Shown here: one piece after another, positions 51,026 through 54,739 of the stretch
Layout of the letters: the number at the start of each line of letters is the position of its first letter
Numbering within the stretch: the stretch's first letter is position 1
Source: Ginkgo biloba
Taxonomy: Eukaryota > Plantae > Ginkgophyta
Assembly (NCBI GenBank): GCA_024626585.2
Contig: JANKJI020000004.1
Span: forward strand, 41,398,116 to 41,452,854
Direction: 5' to 3'
DNA: 54,739 nt
The notes under the pieces: model-generated
What the model was told of the DNA's origin: nothing
The model's input: the letters and a program-made list of their open reading frames with translations, nothing else
The model's database searches: none
Position numbers and translations under genes: made by a program

Positions 51026-51779
51026 ATGCAACCTCATTTTAAAAGAGAGAAATAACATATTTTATAGAATTTTGAGATCCTCTAAAGCCATCATATGAAT
51101 TCAATGCATAAAATCTATTTAGATATGCAATCCTAGAGATGGAACATGACCTATTATATAAGAATATATCAATTGAGAATATTATTTTACCTATGAAAAT
51201 ATAATACATGTAACTTATTTTCATGGCCAGTGGAGAGAAAATTCAAATAAGAAACATAATTTTGCATGCATAACGAAAGGATAATATATAATATTCATCA
51301 TGAATTTCCAAAGTTTATTATAAATAAAAATGTCATGAGTTCGATTCTTAGAATTCACTAAGATTCAAATGCCAAAAAATGTTGCAACAAAATTAAAAAT
51401 TGAATTAACCTTGGGAAATAAAATAGATTTAACATCAAATTCAGTGTGATTGAGAGAGGAAAAAAATGATTAAAGCCACTAAAAATGTCATAGTTTTAAT
51501 TCTCACAATTTCCATTAAAGTTGAAAAATGTCATAGGTTCAATTCTCCTAAGTTTCTCTCTATAGTTTAGAGAGAAATAATTATTAGTTGTTAAGTCATA
51601 AAAGGTGGAGAAATTGATTAATTACAATGGTAAATAAGAGTGTTTAATATGTCAATCATAAATTAGTTCCTATAAATAATGTAAATCCACCTTTATGTTT
51701 ATGTTTCTTGGAGATAATGGACTAACGATTTCACCTTGTGATGAAAATCTAGGAGATAATGAACTTGTGGAGGATTTGA

Positions 51780-52310
51780 TGTTATAAAAAAAATCTCAAA
51801 TGGAAGGAGTGAATAATTTCTTAACTAAACAAAGTTAACCATTTAATTTTCATTCCATTAAGAAAAACATATTACATTGATTATAACTCTAAGCCATAAT
51901 GCAGTGAACTACACAGTGGTTATAATTTATGTAAAATCAATACGAAACCCTATATATACACATTCCTAAGGATCACATCCATCATAAAGATATAAAATAC
52001 ATAAAATACATCCTCCCCCATGTATAATGCAATATTATATTTACCTCTTTTTAGTTAGTGACAAAAAAAATCTTGGAGTCTACACCAAAAATGCAATACA
52101 ACCCATTGTCTAATTCTCCATCTTCCATTCATTTGTAGACATACATATTTTGAAGGAATAGGGTATAAAAACGTCACCTTAGTTATTATTCTTCCTCTAT
52201 ACATACACCATAGAGATGGAAGTTTGAAGATTTGGGGCCTATTGACCTCCACATTAAGTAAAATGGAAATTTCTTCGATGTGTATATGGAAAATGAAGTT
52301 CAACATGGAA
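51780..52310 (-). mobile_element. 3' fragment of an LTR element with a short LTR (~51780-52010), possibly copia-like
   Basis: Minus-strand PPT GGGGGAGGA immediately followed by TGTATTTT. The putative LTR contains TATATATAGGG and ends ATAACA. No diagnostic pol domain is visible. Confidence 0.5.
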
Positions 52311-54739
52311 AATGATGAGACAACCTATGTGTATATATATGAGTGATTCTTTGAACATGCATGTGCATATACACGTGTGTTCCAATTCATTATTGCATAT
52401 ATATACATATGTGAATGTATTTAAATATAACTAAATTCTTTATTTTAAAGTAAATTAATTACTGAATATTCATGTGTTGCATATATGTGTATGTGGAACC
52501 AAAACACTATTAAGTTTGGAACCAAAACACTCTTATAGACTTAAAAATCTAATGTTACTTGTGTATATATGATTTTTAGGTTATCTCTTTAGGATGTAAG
52601 AAAACACAAATTTTTAATTGATAAAAACCCTAGAAACCAATAAGAGATTGATATAAAACCCTATAAACTAATTTAACAAGTGTTATATATATTGAACCAT
52701 GAAGGAAAAAATTAAAACTATAATAACTTATAAAATCTAATAGTGAAGTGGAGATGTGAAGCTAATTGAGGACTCATATCTGTCCTTAGGCATATATTCA
52801 CATGGGGCTAAGGCTTGTGATAAGCCAAAGTCACAACCTCCTTTGCTTATACTTATGATAGTCTATGATTATAGTTGTGATGATAAGAATGTATCATCTA
52901 AATTTCTTTTATATCATCAATTTATAGGAGGTATTTATTTATAATGTTTGTTAAATGTTCTCCCACATGTCATTTTATTACTAATACATGCAATCATCCA
53001 TCCATTCTTCATACTCCATTATAAGGTTAATCATAACTAGTAGCAATTATTGTTGATGATTTGTCATTAGAAATGGCATACAATGTTGATAGGATAACTT
53101 TAGACATGCAACATAAATTTTTTTAAAGGGTTTCTTTTGTATGAAAATATATACTAAATCTCTTACATTTAAAATTACTTCAAGACATTTTCTTATTATA
53201 TGTTCTTGGATATTTCTCTTATGGCTTATTTAAGTGATTTAAAAGTTACAATGAGTTTCTATGATTTCATAATCTCATTAGACCTAATAGAGTATTATTT
53301 AAAATAGTGAGTTATTGTTGTTGAATATAATTTTTCCTTTCATATTTGGTTCTTCTAGACAATCTTCATAGATGTTGCGAAGGTCTTTCTAGATTTGAAA
53401 TATAGATTCAGAATATGAACTAGTCGTGGTTTTCATGGTGATAATTGTAATTGAGTTTGTATTATTATCCATGATTTTCGTGGTATGTGGGTATGAAAAA
53501 CATATGGTAAAGGAAATTTATTTCCTTTGATGGAGAGTTTCAATGTTCATTTACCCTAATTTTGAATCCCTTAGTATTGAATATCGATTATGATCAAAGT
53601 GATGTAGGGTAGGAAGAATTCATAGAAATTTATAGTACTCTAAATGTTTTTAGGGTCGTGATTCCTTTTATTGTGATTGGAATGTTTATTAATGTTCTTA
53701 GTGATTTAATCTCTAACTAGATGGATCAGCAATTAAATTATCTTAGGGAGTTGCACTCTAGTTTGCCCAAGTGAATTTCTATTATTTTAGATATGACATT
53801 GACACTTGGATCACTATTTATGATTTTATTAGTTGTGATTTTAGCACATATATTGGATTGGAATCTTGGGGTATTCATTGATCCTTTATAATTTATTTAT
53901 TTTTTTAGATGGCCATATAATTTTGGAAAAGGCTCCTGTTTTCCACAAGTTAATTTCTATGGGTTATAAAATATTAATTTTTAAAAATATTTTTTGCTAT
54001 GTCAATTTTTTTTTTAGTCTTATATTTGGTATTTAATTTAATATTTAGTTGGAAATATAGAGTTATTATGTCTTATCATCTTTTGGTAGAGTATTTTTGG
54101 TTTGACATCATGGATAGGTTTGAACTCTTATTTTATTTTCCAGTGTCTTCTTTAGATCATTGGTATGTTCTAGTTGATTTTTAGGTCATTAAATTTTCCC
54201 TTAGTTTACAATACTGTGGATTTTAACTTTAGTTTGAGTGGTCATTGTAACTTCTTATTGAGGTTTAGTAATTTTTATTTTCAATCTTCTAGTGACTTAG
54301 TCTTTCTATTATTTTTTTATTTTCAAAACGACTAGTTTTTGTTATACCTATGAAACCTCTCAGTATAAAATATGTGCACTATAAATAATTATTTGAATGT
54401 GATAGGTGATGATTTAATTTGAAATTTTCATTATACGATATTGTACATGCTAGTAATTATGCATCAAGTATAGGTGTATGGTGTTATCGACATGGGATAA
54501 TAACCCTTGCACAAAACACTCCAACAATGGAATTTATTTTCTATTCATTTTTTATTTAATTTAGGTCTAGGATATTTTTGAATAGTGATAAAGTATTATT
54601 CATCTTTCTAATACCATTATAGATTAAACTAGTTAGCATGTGAACATTTTGTACCAATATATATGGAAGCTAATTACCTTTATAATTGTTATTCTTATTG
54701 TTTTGTGTAATTTGGGATCATTGTTGTATGAGTAAGTGA

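Overview
AT-rich, CpG-depleted plant nuclear DNA with seven assembly gaps. A large-genome seed plant, plausibly a gymnosperm, is inferred from the TE landscape only. The single intact gene is a two-exon THI1/THI4 thiamine thiazole synthase (minus strand, 11522-12723, 365 aa). It has a plastid-type transit peptide and the canonical active-site Cys, and no recognisable TPP riboswitch. Almost everything else is old, nested, decayed LTR retrotransposon sequence (Ty3/gypsy chromovirus, CRM/IFG-like and Tat-like families, plus a small 3' LTR fragment), local duplications, tandem arrays and microsatellites. Two nested insertions have exact 5-bp TSDs (16173-17132 and 25211-29270). The most unusual structures are: a ~183-bp duplication abutting both LTRs of a chromovirus; an LTR-like end with no tRNA PBS; a higher-order ~130-bp array; multi-kb unannotated accessory ORFs in Tat-like elements; and a fixed-spacing repeated motif with clock elements in the compact THI1 promoter. 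I cannot support a new multi-gene system here. Identities and TE boundaries were estimated by eye.
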